Below, piece by piece: positions 32,039 through 40,253 of a stretch of DNA of 64,000 nt. How positions within the stretch are numbered: position 1 is the stretch's first letter; every line of letters starts with the position of its first letter. The notes under the pieces are model-generated. The model saw nothing but the letters and a program-made list of their open reading frames with translations, was not told the DNA's origin and ran no database searches. Made by a program: the position numbers and the translations under genes. The DNA is from Candidatus Eiseniibacteriota bacterium (GTDB taxonomy: Bacteria > Eisenbacteria > RBG-16-71-46 > SZUA-252). The stretch covers positions 32,001 through 96,000 of the forward strand of contig OY969801.1 of assembly GCA_963703225.1 (NCBI GenBank). The letters are read 5' to 3'.

Positions 32039-34098
32039 CCCGCGGCGGCCTAAGGCTCCCGGTGACGCGTGGCTTCACCGTTGCCGCGACGATGCTCGCG
32101 CTCTGCACCTTGGCGTGGATCGGACCGGCCGCGGCCCAGGAGGAGGGGGATCCGATGGCGATCCCCGACACCGTATTTGTGCGGGGCTCGAAGGAGCCGG
32201 TCTCCTACATGACCACGTACAATCGGGACCTCTCGAGCGGGAACTGGTTCCAATCGCTCTACTACCGCCACAACGCGCAGCGCTTTTCGCTCGGGCTCAC
32301 GGGCAGCTCGAACACGAGCGAGGGACTTCGGGGTCTCACCACCAACGGCGTGTCCGGCGACCTGGGAGGCAATCTCACCTTCAGGGCTACCAACCGATGG
32401 TTCTGGTCGATCGATGGCAAAGCGAACATGAACACCAACGACGACGATCGCTCCAAGACCAGCCGCCGCCAGAACCGACTTCAGATACGCACCCAGTATT
32501 CGTTCAATCCGTTGCCTCAGCTGAGCGGGGTGGGAATCCTGTTCGGGGAGCTACAAGGAGATCAGAGCCTGGGGTCCCGTACGCTCCCGGGCAAGCCGCT
32601 GACGGTGGTCGATTCCACCACGAGCCCATTCGACACGACCTTCTATCAATCCCACACCTCGCGTGACTCGTCCTATACCTCGGGGCTGCGCGATGGGGTG
32701 AGCGGGTCGCTCCGGTGGGCTCCCGCGGCCTGGCTCAACGTGACGGGGATGGGCGCGGCGACCGGGATCAAGTCCAAGACCAAGACGCTCACGCGCAATT
32801 ACTACGCGATCAATCCCGGCGATGGCGCCACGTATGTCGTCGAGGACGCGGACACCTCCGAGGCTCCGAACGGGGATCAACGGCTCGAGACCCGCGCCAC
32901 GTATACCGGTCTCAAGCGGTCGAACATGGGATTGGTTTTGAAGTATCTCAACAGCGATCAGGAGTACTACGCCCTGAGCAAGAGCGGCCAGGAGCATCTC
33001 GGCTACGACACCAAGGACGCCAGCTTTCACTTCGATACCATGCCTTTCGCGAGCTCGAGTATCGCCCTCGACGCGTCCCTCAACCACTCCTTCCGGGTGT
33101 ACACGCTGCAGAAGAATCTGACGAGCCTCGTGAACGGAGCCTCGGCCACCGCGAGCTTCATGATCTACAGGCCCACGTCGCGCGCCTCGCTCGGGTTCCA
33201 GGTGGGCCGGGTAGAGAGCGATCGGCAAGTCTCCCAGAACGGCTTGGTCATCAACCGAGCGCTGATGGCGATGGGATCGCAGCGGGTTTCCAGGCGCCTT
33301 TGGCTCGACGCCACCGGGTCGGTAGGCCTGTTTTCACGGCAGTACCGTGACAGTGTGGGCCAGTCGGGTGTCTCGGTCTCTGATCGCGACGACGTGAGAG
33401 GATCCGGGACCGTCGGTGCCGGGTACGGGGTGTCCGAGCGCTGCACCACGACCGTGCACTTCTCGACGGTCCGCGCCCACGCGGTCGCGATCGACGCAAA
33501 AGCCTCGGCTGGGAACAACGTCCAGACGACCTATCAGATGGACGCGATGCTCCAGCTTCGGGTCACGCGAACGCTTGTGATCTACCAGAACTACCAACTC
33601 AACGCGAACTATCAGATCTACGACTACGACGAGCCCCGGAACACCCTGACGCGCATTCGCAAGATCGACACGGTGATGAGCGACAGCCTCTTCTCGTTTG
33701 GGTTCCTGCGTCTGACCCACAACTTCTTCTTCCAAGACCGCGGCGCGTACACCCTGGATGAAGAGGCGGGTGGACGCACCTACTCGGTGGCGCAGGAGCT
33801 CTACCAGCAGAACTTGAGCCTCACCGCTGGCGTCCGACCTTTTGAAGGGATCGTATTCACGGCGACCCAGTCACTCGCCAACACCCGAAACTACATCACC
33901 TCCGTAGCGCTCAACACGAACCGGAATCGGTGGAATCTCAACGTGGGAGCCACCGTCGATCGGCCGCTCCCGGGCGAGATGACGCTTCAGGGATCGATCC
34001 AGCGCATCGGGGAGTACACGGAGAGGCCGGGAAACCTCCCGCCCACGGACGTGGTGGACTATTGGATCGCCGCGGTCCAATTCACGAAGGACTTCTGA
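32035..34098 (+). CDS. Putative large outer-membrane beta-barrel protein
   Basis: Signal peptide (AAA-QEE), alternating amphipathic strands, C-terminal WIAAVQFTKDF resembling a BAM signal. Confidence 0.75.
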   Translation: MTRGGLRLPVTRGFTVAATMLALCTLAWIGPAAAQEEGDPMAIPDTVFVRGSKEPVSYMTTYNRDLSSGNWFQSLYYRHNAQRFSLGLTGSSNTSEGLRGLTTNGVSGDLGGNLTFRATNRWFWSIDGKANMNTNDDDRSKTSRRQNRLQIRTQYSFNPLPQLSGVGILFGELQGDQSLGSRTLPGKPLTVVDSTTSPFDTTFYQSHTSRDSSYTSGLRDGVSGSLRWAPAAWLNVTGMGAATGIKSKTKTLTRNYYAINPGDGATYVVEDADTSEAPNGDQRLETRATYTGLKRSNMGLVLKYLNSDQEYYALSKSGQEHLGYDTKDASFHFDTMPFASSSIALDASLNHSFRVYTLQKNLTSLVNGASATASFMIYRPTSRASLGFQVGRVESDRQVSQNGLVINRALMAMGSQRVSRRLWLDATGSVGLFSRQYRDSVGQSGVSVSDRDDVRGSGTVGAGYGVSERCTTTVHFSTVRAHAVAIDAKASAGNNVQTTYQMDAMLQLRVTRTLVIYQNYQLNANYQIYDYDEPRNTLTRIRKIDTVMSDSLFSFGFLRLTHNFFFQDRGAYTLDEEAGGRTYSVAQELYQQNLSLTAGVRPFEGIVFTATQSLANTRNYITSVALNTNRNRWNLNVGATVDRPLPGEMTLQGSIQRIGEYTERPGNLPPTDVVDYWIAAVQFTKDF

Positions 34099-34706
34099 TG
34101 AGAAGCGCCAAGAAGATTCTCTTGGGCGTGGCGGTCTGCGTGGGGGCGGCCGCCGTAGGCGCATGCGGGCTCTTTGAAACACGAGAGCCGTTTAAGCCGG
34201 CACCCCCGGTCTCCGGGTGCAGGGCCCTCACGGGTGGCCCCAATCAGGCGGTGATTCCGAACATCGAGGATTTCTATGGGAGGCCGTCGACGGAGACCTG
34301 CTACAACTCCCTGGTCGATACGTCGTTCCTCTTTCACCCCGACCCGCAGGACTCCTCCCAGCTGCTCCCCCAAACGCCCTACATCGGATGGGACGAGGTC
34401 GTGGAGGCTAATTCGAACTCGAGGATTGGGAGCCTTCAAGACTTCATCAAGGTCGACTTCCAAAGGGAGTACTCGCCGACCGTGATCTCCCCAGACCAGA
34501 CGACAGAGGTCCACTTCTACGAATACCAGCTCCGCCTGAGCCTCGTAGCGGCGCCCGAAACGCTTCGCTACACAGGGCTCGCCGACATCACGTTTCACCG
34601 TGGGTTCGACGGGCAGTGGAAGATGACCGGCTGGGTGGATCACCGCGGAGCCGTCAACGACTCGACCTGGGGAAACCTCCGGGGCCAGAACCGGGTCGGG
34701 TTCTAG
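34098..34706 (+). CDS. Hypothetical lipoprotein
   Basis: Lipobox VGAC; C-terminal GQWKMTGWVD suggests an NTF2-like fold. Confidence 0.75.
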   Translation: MRSAKKILLGVAVCVGAAAVGACGLFETREPFKPAPPVSGCRALTGGPNQAVIPNIEDFYGRPSTETCYNSLVDTSFLFHPDPQDSSQLLPQTPYIGWDEVVEANSNSRIGSLQDFIKVDFQREYSPTVISPDQTTEVHFYEYQLRLSLVAAPETLRYTGLADITFHRGFDGQWKMTGWVDHRGAVNDSTWGNLRGQNRVGF

Positions 34707-34763
34707 GGTCGACCGGGCCGGCGCGGACGGCAAAATCGGGGACCTGGAGGGGGGCTTCCGGGG

Positions 34764-34793
34764 TTGACCAGAAGCCCCCAATTGGGCTATGCT
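34764..34793 (+). promoter_or_regulatory. Putative sigma70-type promoter
   Basis: TTGACC-N18-TATGCT. Confidence 0.5.
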
Positions 34794-34876
34794 GGTTCGA
34801 GCCGGAAAACGCACCCCGAGAGGCCTAATCCACCCTGGCTCCGTCCCCCTCGCCCCACCAAATCGAAGGCCATAAG

Positions 34877-35468
34877 TTGTTCAAGGGCTTAGGCATAGTC
34901 GTCATTTGCGTCGCCTTTGGGGCGGCCTTGGGCGGCTGTATTTTCAGCCCCCACAAGGCCAAGGAACCCGGACCGGAGCCCCCCCCCGTTTACCTGATCC
35001 CCGACTTCCCCGACCGCGTTCTTACGAACCTCATAGAGGCTTACTCCAAGCGCGACAGCGTGGGCTACGTCAACGCGTACGACCGTTATGAGTACATCGG
35101 TGCCTCGAAGGACCCAGCTGGCGGAGTTACCAGCACGTATCACTGGATCGACGAGCAACACCACATCCAGAAGCTCGCGGAAGCCACTACCATCGTAGGA
35201 AAGCCGGAATTCAACTTGGGCGCCGCGTCGAGCTGGGCGCGACTCCCCTCGGATGATCTGAGCCACCCTGAATGGGCGGTGATACAGATCAGCGGGAGCC
35301 AGCTCTCTCTTGTCGTGGACGACGTGAACGCTCGGGACCCTGACGGTCCAGGGCGATGCTGAAATTTTCATCTTCAAATTCAAGCCCACCACCCCCGCCC
35401 CATCATCGGGGTCGGACACGCTATGGACCATCGTTCGTTGGGAAGAGAACGGGGCCGTAACCCAGTGA
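34877..35468 (+). CDS. Hypothetical lipoprotein (frameshift near 35330)
   Basis: Lipobox LGGC-IFSP; continuation frame LTVQGDAEIFIFKF...WTIVRWEENGAVTQ* ends at 35468. Confidence 0.65.
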
Positions 35469-35502
35469 TGCCCCACGCTCGTTTCCGCCAGCCCCCCCTC
35501 GC

Positions 35503-35532
35503 TTGACACCCCGAATCACCCGCTCCTAGACT
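35503..35532 (+). promoter_or_regulatory. Putative sigma70-type promoter
   Basis: TTGACA-N18-TAGACT. Confidence 0.6.
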
Positions 35533-35584
35533 CCGAACGGAGTTTCTTCAGAACCGCGGTCTCTCCTCGATCCCCCGAGATACC

Positions 35585-36877
35585 TTGGCTCGAAAGGCAC
35601 GCAGGGCACGCCGTGGCCGGCCGCCGTCCATTTGGCTCTGGATCGGCGTCGCGGCGATCCTGATCGCGGTCGTCCTCCTGGTTGGGCGGGATCGGCCTTC
35701 GCTCCTGTCGCCCGTCAAACCGGCGCGCCAAGCCGACCAGACCGCCCCGCGCGTCGGTGAAGTGGAGGCTACTCCCCAGCGCCCCCCCGCGGTGGTGATC
35801 GACTCCGATTGGGACCGGTTTCAGCTCCGCGCCCAATCCGAGTTCTTGCGCCTCTTTCGGAGCAACGACCACGCGGCGCTCAACCGGCTCACCAGCCGGA
35901 CGCTGCGCGGCGCGCTGGAAGACGTCGGGGTGAGCCGCGAGCTGATCGACGAGCGCCCCGGTGCCGCGGCGGCTGCTGGCGCCGCCCGCGCGCCGGTCCA
36001 GTGGAAGATCCAGGTCCCACCCCGCGCTTCGCTCTTTCGCATCAACGACGCGGTGACCCAGGCGATCCTCGCGCTGGGAGGCCGCGTCATCCGCGGCGTC
36101 GAGCGGCCGGCGCAGACCGCCGGTATCGCGCTCGACCTCCGGGTTGGATACGGCGACCGCGTCACCCACTCGATCATCGTCGAGCCGAACCCGACGATCA
36201 CCGACGCCGGGACCCAGCTCGCGTTCGTCGTGCTCGACCTGAGCAACGACTCCCAGCCGCTGCTCCGCTCCTTCCTCGAGAGCCCGATCCCGTTCACGAT
36301 CGCGCTTCGCCCGGGCCAGCCCCGCCTGGCGCGCACCGCGAGGGCGGTGCGGGAGGCGAAGCGGGAGGTCTTCGTCCAGCTCCCGATGGAGCCGATCGGA
36401 TATCCGAAGGTGGATCCCGGAAAGGACGCGATCCTGCTCGATCTCTCCCGTGTGGAGATCGAGGAGCGGATCAACCGCTGCCTCGACGCCGTCGGGCCTG
36501 CGAGCGGGATCATCACCCGGATGGGCGGCGCCGCGGTGAACGACCGCGACGTGATGCGCGCCGTGCTCGGCGAGGTGAAGCGTCGCGATCTCCTCTTCAT
36601 CGACGCGCACGGGGGCGGACCGTCGGTGGTCGAGGAGGTGGGGGAGGAAATGGGAGCGAGGACGCTCACGCTGGGCGGCACGCTCGACACCCGAAACGCG
36701 ACCCCGGCCACGCTCCGGGCCTGGCTCAAGCAGCTGGTCACGACCGCGACCCAGCGCGGAACCCTGGTGGTCTGCGTCAGGGCGAACGCGCTGATATTGA
36801 CCGTGCTCGAGGCCGAGCGGGAGAAGCTCGTGGAGCAGGGGGTGGAAATCGTGCCGGCCTCCAGGCTGGTCCTGTGA
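35585..36877 (+). CDS. Divergent polysaccharide deacetylase family (YibQ-like) membrane-anchored protein
   Basis: N-terminal TM; LAFVVLDL, QLPMEPIGYP..DPG, LLFIDA. Confidence 0.8.
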   Translation: MARKARRARRGRPPSIWLWIGVAAILIAVVLLVGRDRPSLLSPVKPARQADQTAPRVGEVEATPQRPPAVVIDSDWDRFQLRAQSEFLRLFRSNDHAALNRLTSRTLRGALEDVGVSRELIDERPGAAAAAGAARAPVQWKIQVPPRASLFRINDAVTQAILALGGRVIRGVERPAQTAGIALDLRVGYGDRVTHSIIVEPNPTITDAGTQLAFVVLDLSNDSQPLLRSFLESPIPFTIALRPGQPRLARTARAVREAKREVFVQLPMEPIGYPKVDPGKDAILLDLSRVEIEERINRCLDAVGPASGIITRMGGAAVNDRDVMRAVLGEVKRRDLLFIDAHGGGPSVVEEVGEEMGARTLTLGGTLDTRNATPATLRAWLKQLVTTATQRGTLVVCVRANALILTVLEAEREKLVEQGVEIVPASRLVL

Positions 36878-36914
36878 GGCCACGGGCGGGCGTGCGAGGA
36901 AGGCTGGGCGTGCG

Positions 36915-37637
36915 ATGAAAACCGAGCTGAGCGTCAACATCGACCATGTGGCCACGCTCCGCCAGGCGCGCGGCGGGGAGGAGCCGGATCCCATCCGCGC
37001 GGCCATCCTCGCGCTCGAGGCGGGGGCCTCCGGCATCACGCTCCACCTCCGCGAAGACCGCCGCCACATCCAGGACTCGGATCTCACGCGCCTTCGAGCG
37101 TTGCGCCGCGGCGTCCTCAACTTCGAGATGGCCTTGACCCAGGAGATGATCGGCATCGCGCTCGCGACCAAGCCCGACCGCGCGACGCTGGTTCCCGAGC
37201 GGAGGGCCGAGCTGACCACCGAGGGGGGGCTCGATCCGCGGCGAGACCCCAAGGCGCTCATCGCCGGGTGCAAGCGGCTCACCGACGCCGGCATTCCGGT
37301 GAGCCTCTTCCTCGATCCGGTCGAGGAGATGGCGGAGAGCGCACGCGCCACGGGCGCCACGATCGTGGAGATCCACACCGGCCACTACGCCAACGCGCGG
37401 GGCGCCGACGTGGTGGATCGCGAGCTGGCGCGCATCGCCGCCGCGGCCCGCCGGTTTCAGGCAGTGGGGCTCGAGCCGCACGCCGGGCACGGTCTCACGG
37501 TCGGGAACGTTGGCGCCCTCTTGAGCCGGTACCCCTTTCCCGAGCTTTCCATAGGACACTCCATCGTCTCGCGCGCCGTCGAAGTGGGCATGGCGAAGGC
37601 GGTGCGAGAGATGATCTCCGCGATCGACGCCGCGTAG
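36915..37637 (+). CDS. pdxJ: Pyridoxine 5'-phosphate synthase
   Basis: LSVNIDHVATLRQAR, HLREDRRHI, TTEGGLD, EIHTG, HAGHGL, IGHSIV. Confidence 0.97.
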   Translation: MKTELSVNIDHVATLRQARGGEEPDPIRAAILALEAGASGITLHLREDRRHIQDSDLTRLRALRRGVLNFEMALTQEMIGIALATKPDRATLVPERRAELTTEGGLDPRRDPKALIAGCKRLTDAGIPVSLFLDPVEEMAESARATGATIVEIHTGHYANARGADVVDRELARIAAAARRFQAVGLEPHAGHGLTVGNVGALLSRYPFPELSIGHSIVSRAVEVGMAKAVREMISAIDAA

Positions 37638-37707
37638 CCCGCCCGTATTACGACCGTAACATCGGAGCTACCCAGCAGCGCCCTTCCTGTTCCAGCTTTT
37701 TGCCCCG

Positions 37708-37762
37708 CGTAACCTCGAAGTCAGTCCCTCGCAACAGGACCGTCATGCCCGGCGCCTATCCT
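37708..37762 (+). promoter_or_regulatory. Pho-box-like array plus -10 element (promoter A)
   Basis: GTAACC 37709, GTCAGT 37720, GCAACA 37731, GTCATG 37742 (11-bp period); TATCCT at 37757. Confidence 0.7.
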
Positions 37763-37862
37763 TCCGCCCGTGGACAACGCGGAGGGCGCTCGTGGCCGTT
37801 TCACGACGCCGGTGAGGTGCCACCCGCGCGCTCTTGGCCCCCATTACGGAGGAATGACATCC

Positions 37863-40082
37863 ATGCCACGAATCACCCGAATCGGACATCTCCTGGCGAT
37901 CGCGGTCGCGAGCACGTTCGCGACGGCCGCGCACGCCGCGGTGGAGGCCCCAGCGGAGATGCTCTCCGAACACGCCGCCATGCGCGCGTCCGCCGTCAGC
38001 GCCCCCGTAATCTCAGCCCCGGTCAGTGTCCAGGCGTCCATCGATCAAGCGATCACCATCCAGGCGGACGCGACGGACTCCGACGCGAGCGACGTTCTGA
38101 CCATCACCCAGTCGGGCGCGCCTGCGAGCCTGACCTTCTCGCACACGCCGAGCACATCGCCGGCGATGGCAACGCTGAGCGGAACGCTGTCCATGGCTGA
38201 CATCGGCTCCTACACGATCAACTGGCAGGTATCCGACGGCACGTTCACGGCCTCCACCTCGACGGCGCTCGAGGTGGTCACGAACCGCGACCCCATCGTG
38301 TCGGTTCCCCCCACGGCGCTCGGTGCGGTGGGCGTGAACGTAGCGCTGACCGTGGGGGTGTCGGATCCCGATGGTGATGCGATCGGCACATTCACGGCCG
38401 CCCCGCTGCCCGCCGGCGCCACGTTCACGGTGAACGGGTTCAAGACGACCGGCATCCTCAACTGGACGCCCACGGCGGGCCAGGAGGGCGATTACACAGT
38501 CACCTTCACGGCCACCTCCGGCTCCCCGGCCCGGACGGGCTCGGCCACGACCATGATCCATATCAACCCGCTGGATCGGCCGGCGGTGATCACGTTTTCG
38601 CCCGGCGGAACCACGAACGCGATTCCCGGCGTGCTGGTGACGTACACGGCCACCGCCACCGACCCGGATGGCGACACAATCAATTCCCATATCGTTGAAG
38701 GGACGCAGGGAACCGAGCTTCCGGAAGGGGTCACCTTTACGGTGAGCCCGGACAAGCGGACCGCTATCGTCAGCTGGACGCCGACCGCTGCGCAGATCGG
38801 GAACGTCGGAATCGCCCATATCGTCAAGTCGGGCGCTCTCAATCTCCAGAGCGCGGTCACAGTGAAGCGGATCAACGTCGTCGCGGACCGGCCCCCGGTC
38901 GTGGTCGCTCCGGCGTCTGTGACGGTTGCCGAGAATGCTCTGCTCACGGTCAACGTGACCGCCAGCGACCCGGACGTCCAGGCGCCCGCGATCGCTTCGC
39001 TCACCACGGGTCCGCTTCCGCTCGGGGCCACGTTCAGCTCCAACCCAACCAACACGGCCGGGACCCTCAGCTGGACGCCGGATTTCAGCCAGGCCGGTGT
39101 CTACAACGTGACCTTTACGGCCATGAACGCCCTCAGCGGTTCCGCGACGACCCAGATCACGGTCACCAACGTGAACCGGGCGCCTGTTGCGGACGCGGGC
39201 GGGCCGTACTCGGGCTTTGCTGGTGCCATGCTCACGTTCAACGGATCGGGATCGTCCGATCCGGACGGCGACGCGCTCACGTATGCCTGGGACTTCGGTG
39301 ACGGAGGCACGGGCTCGGGAGTCGCTCCGGTGCACACCTACGGTCTCTCGGGCGTGTACAGCGCCTCCCTCCATGTGACGGACCCGAGCGGTCTCTTCGG
39401 CGATGACGTCGCGCAGGTGACGATCCAGGCGACCGTGGCCGCCAACGTCTTCTTCCTCGGCGGGTTCAACTGGGTGTTCCCGCAGATCTTTGGAGCCTAC
39501 ATCCGGATGGAGCCGGTCAACGGCTCGTTCAACATCGGAGACGTGGTCCCGTCGTCGCCGACGCTCTCCTACAACGGCGTGTCCGTCCAGTCGCACTGCA
39601 AGTCCACGACGGGCGGTGACTCAAACCACAACGGCGTGCAGGAGCTTCGGGTTTGCTTCGCGCAGAAAGACATGAAGACCCTGTTCGCGAGCCTGCCGAA
39701 CGGAACCACCACCGTCACCGCGACCCTAACGGCCAATCTGACGAACGGCGGAAAGACCGCCGGGAATGTCTCGATCAAGGTCGTGAAGTTCAGCTGGCTC
39801 AACGCGGGGGTGCTCTCTTCCGTCTCGCCGAACCCGCTCAACCCGCAGGCCAAGCTCACGTTCGTGACCATGCGGTCCGGCGAGGCGTCGGTTCAGATCT
39901 TCGACGTGCGGGGGCGGCTTGTCCGGAACCTGATGCCGCGGCAGTACCTCCCGCCGGGCGTCCACGACGTCACGATCGACGGTCGAAACGAGCAGGGTGG
40001 CCGACTCTCGTCCGGCACGTACTTCTACCGAATTCAGACGGGGGAGGGGCCCATCAAGGGAACGTTCCAGGTTCTCAAGTAG
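37863..40082 (+). CDS. Secreted Ig-like/cadherin-repeat and PKD protein with a C-terminal FlgD-Ig/T9SS-like domain
   Basis: Signal peptide; repeated SDPDGD...WTP units; NRAPVADAGGPY...YAWDFGDG (PKD); SPNPLNP...IFDVRGRLV...SSGTYFYRI; GGAGG RBS 10 bp upstream. Confidence 0.85.
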   Translation: MPRITRIGHLLAIAVASTFATAAHAAVEAPAEMLSEHAAMRASAVSAPVISAPVSVQASIDQAITIQADATDSDASDVLTITQSGAPASLTFSHTPSTSPAMATLSGTLSMADIGSYTINWQVSDGTFTASTSTALEVVTNRDPIVSVPPTALGAVGVNVALTVGVSDPDGDAIGTFTAAPLPAGATFTVNGFKTTGILNWTPTAGQEGDYTVTFTATSGSPARTGSATTMIHINPLDRPAVITFSPGGTTNAIPGVLVTYTATATDPDGDTINSHIVEGTQGTELPEGVTFTVSPDKRTAIVSWTPTAAQIGNVGIAHIVKSGALNLQSAVTVKRINVVADRPPVVVAPASVTVAENALLTVNVTASDPDVQAPAIASLTTGPLPLGATFSSNPTNTAGTLSWTPDFSQAGVYNVTFTAMNALSGSATTQITVTNVNRAPVADAGGPYSGFAGAMLTFNGSGSSDPDGDALTYAWDFGDGGTGSGVAPVHTYGLSGVYSASLHVTDPSGLFGDDVAQVTIQATVAANVFFLGGFNWVFPQIFGAYIRMEPVNGSFNIGDVVPSSPTLSYNGVSVQSHCKSTTGGDSNHNGVQELRVCFAQKDMKTLFASLPNGTTTVTATLTANLTNGGKTAGNVSIKVVKFSWLNAGVLSSVSPNPLNPQAKLTFVTMRSGEASVQIFDVRGRLVRNLMPRQYLPPGVHDVTIDGRNEQGGRLSSGTYFYRIQTGEGPIKGTFQVLK

Positions 40083-40122
40083 ATCTCGTCCCGGGAGGAC
40101 CTGCGCGGCGGCCGCTGAACGG

Positions 40123-40177
40123 CGTAACAGGGATGAGCGCCGATCGAAACAAGTTCGTTACAACCGCTCCGTACGCT
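40123..40177 (+). promoter_or_regulatory. Pho-box-like array plus -10 element (promoter B)
   Basis: GTAACA 40124, GAAACA 40146, GTTACA 40157; TACGCT at 40172. Confidence 0.75.
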
Positions 40178-40253
40178 GCGCGGGTTGTCTCCCGGTGGAA
40201 TGAATGGCGCGAGCGATGAACCTCAGCAACGGGCGATGACAAGGAGACCAATC

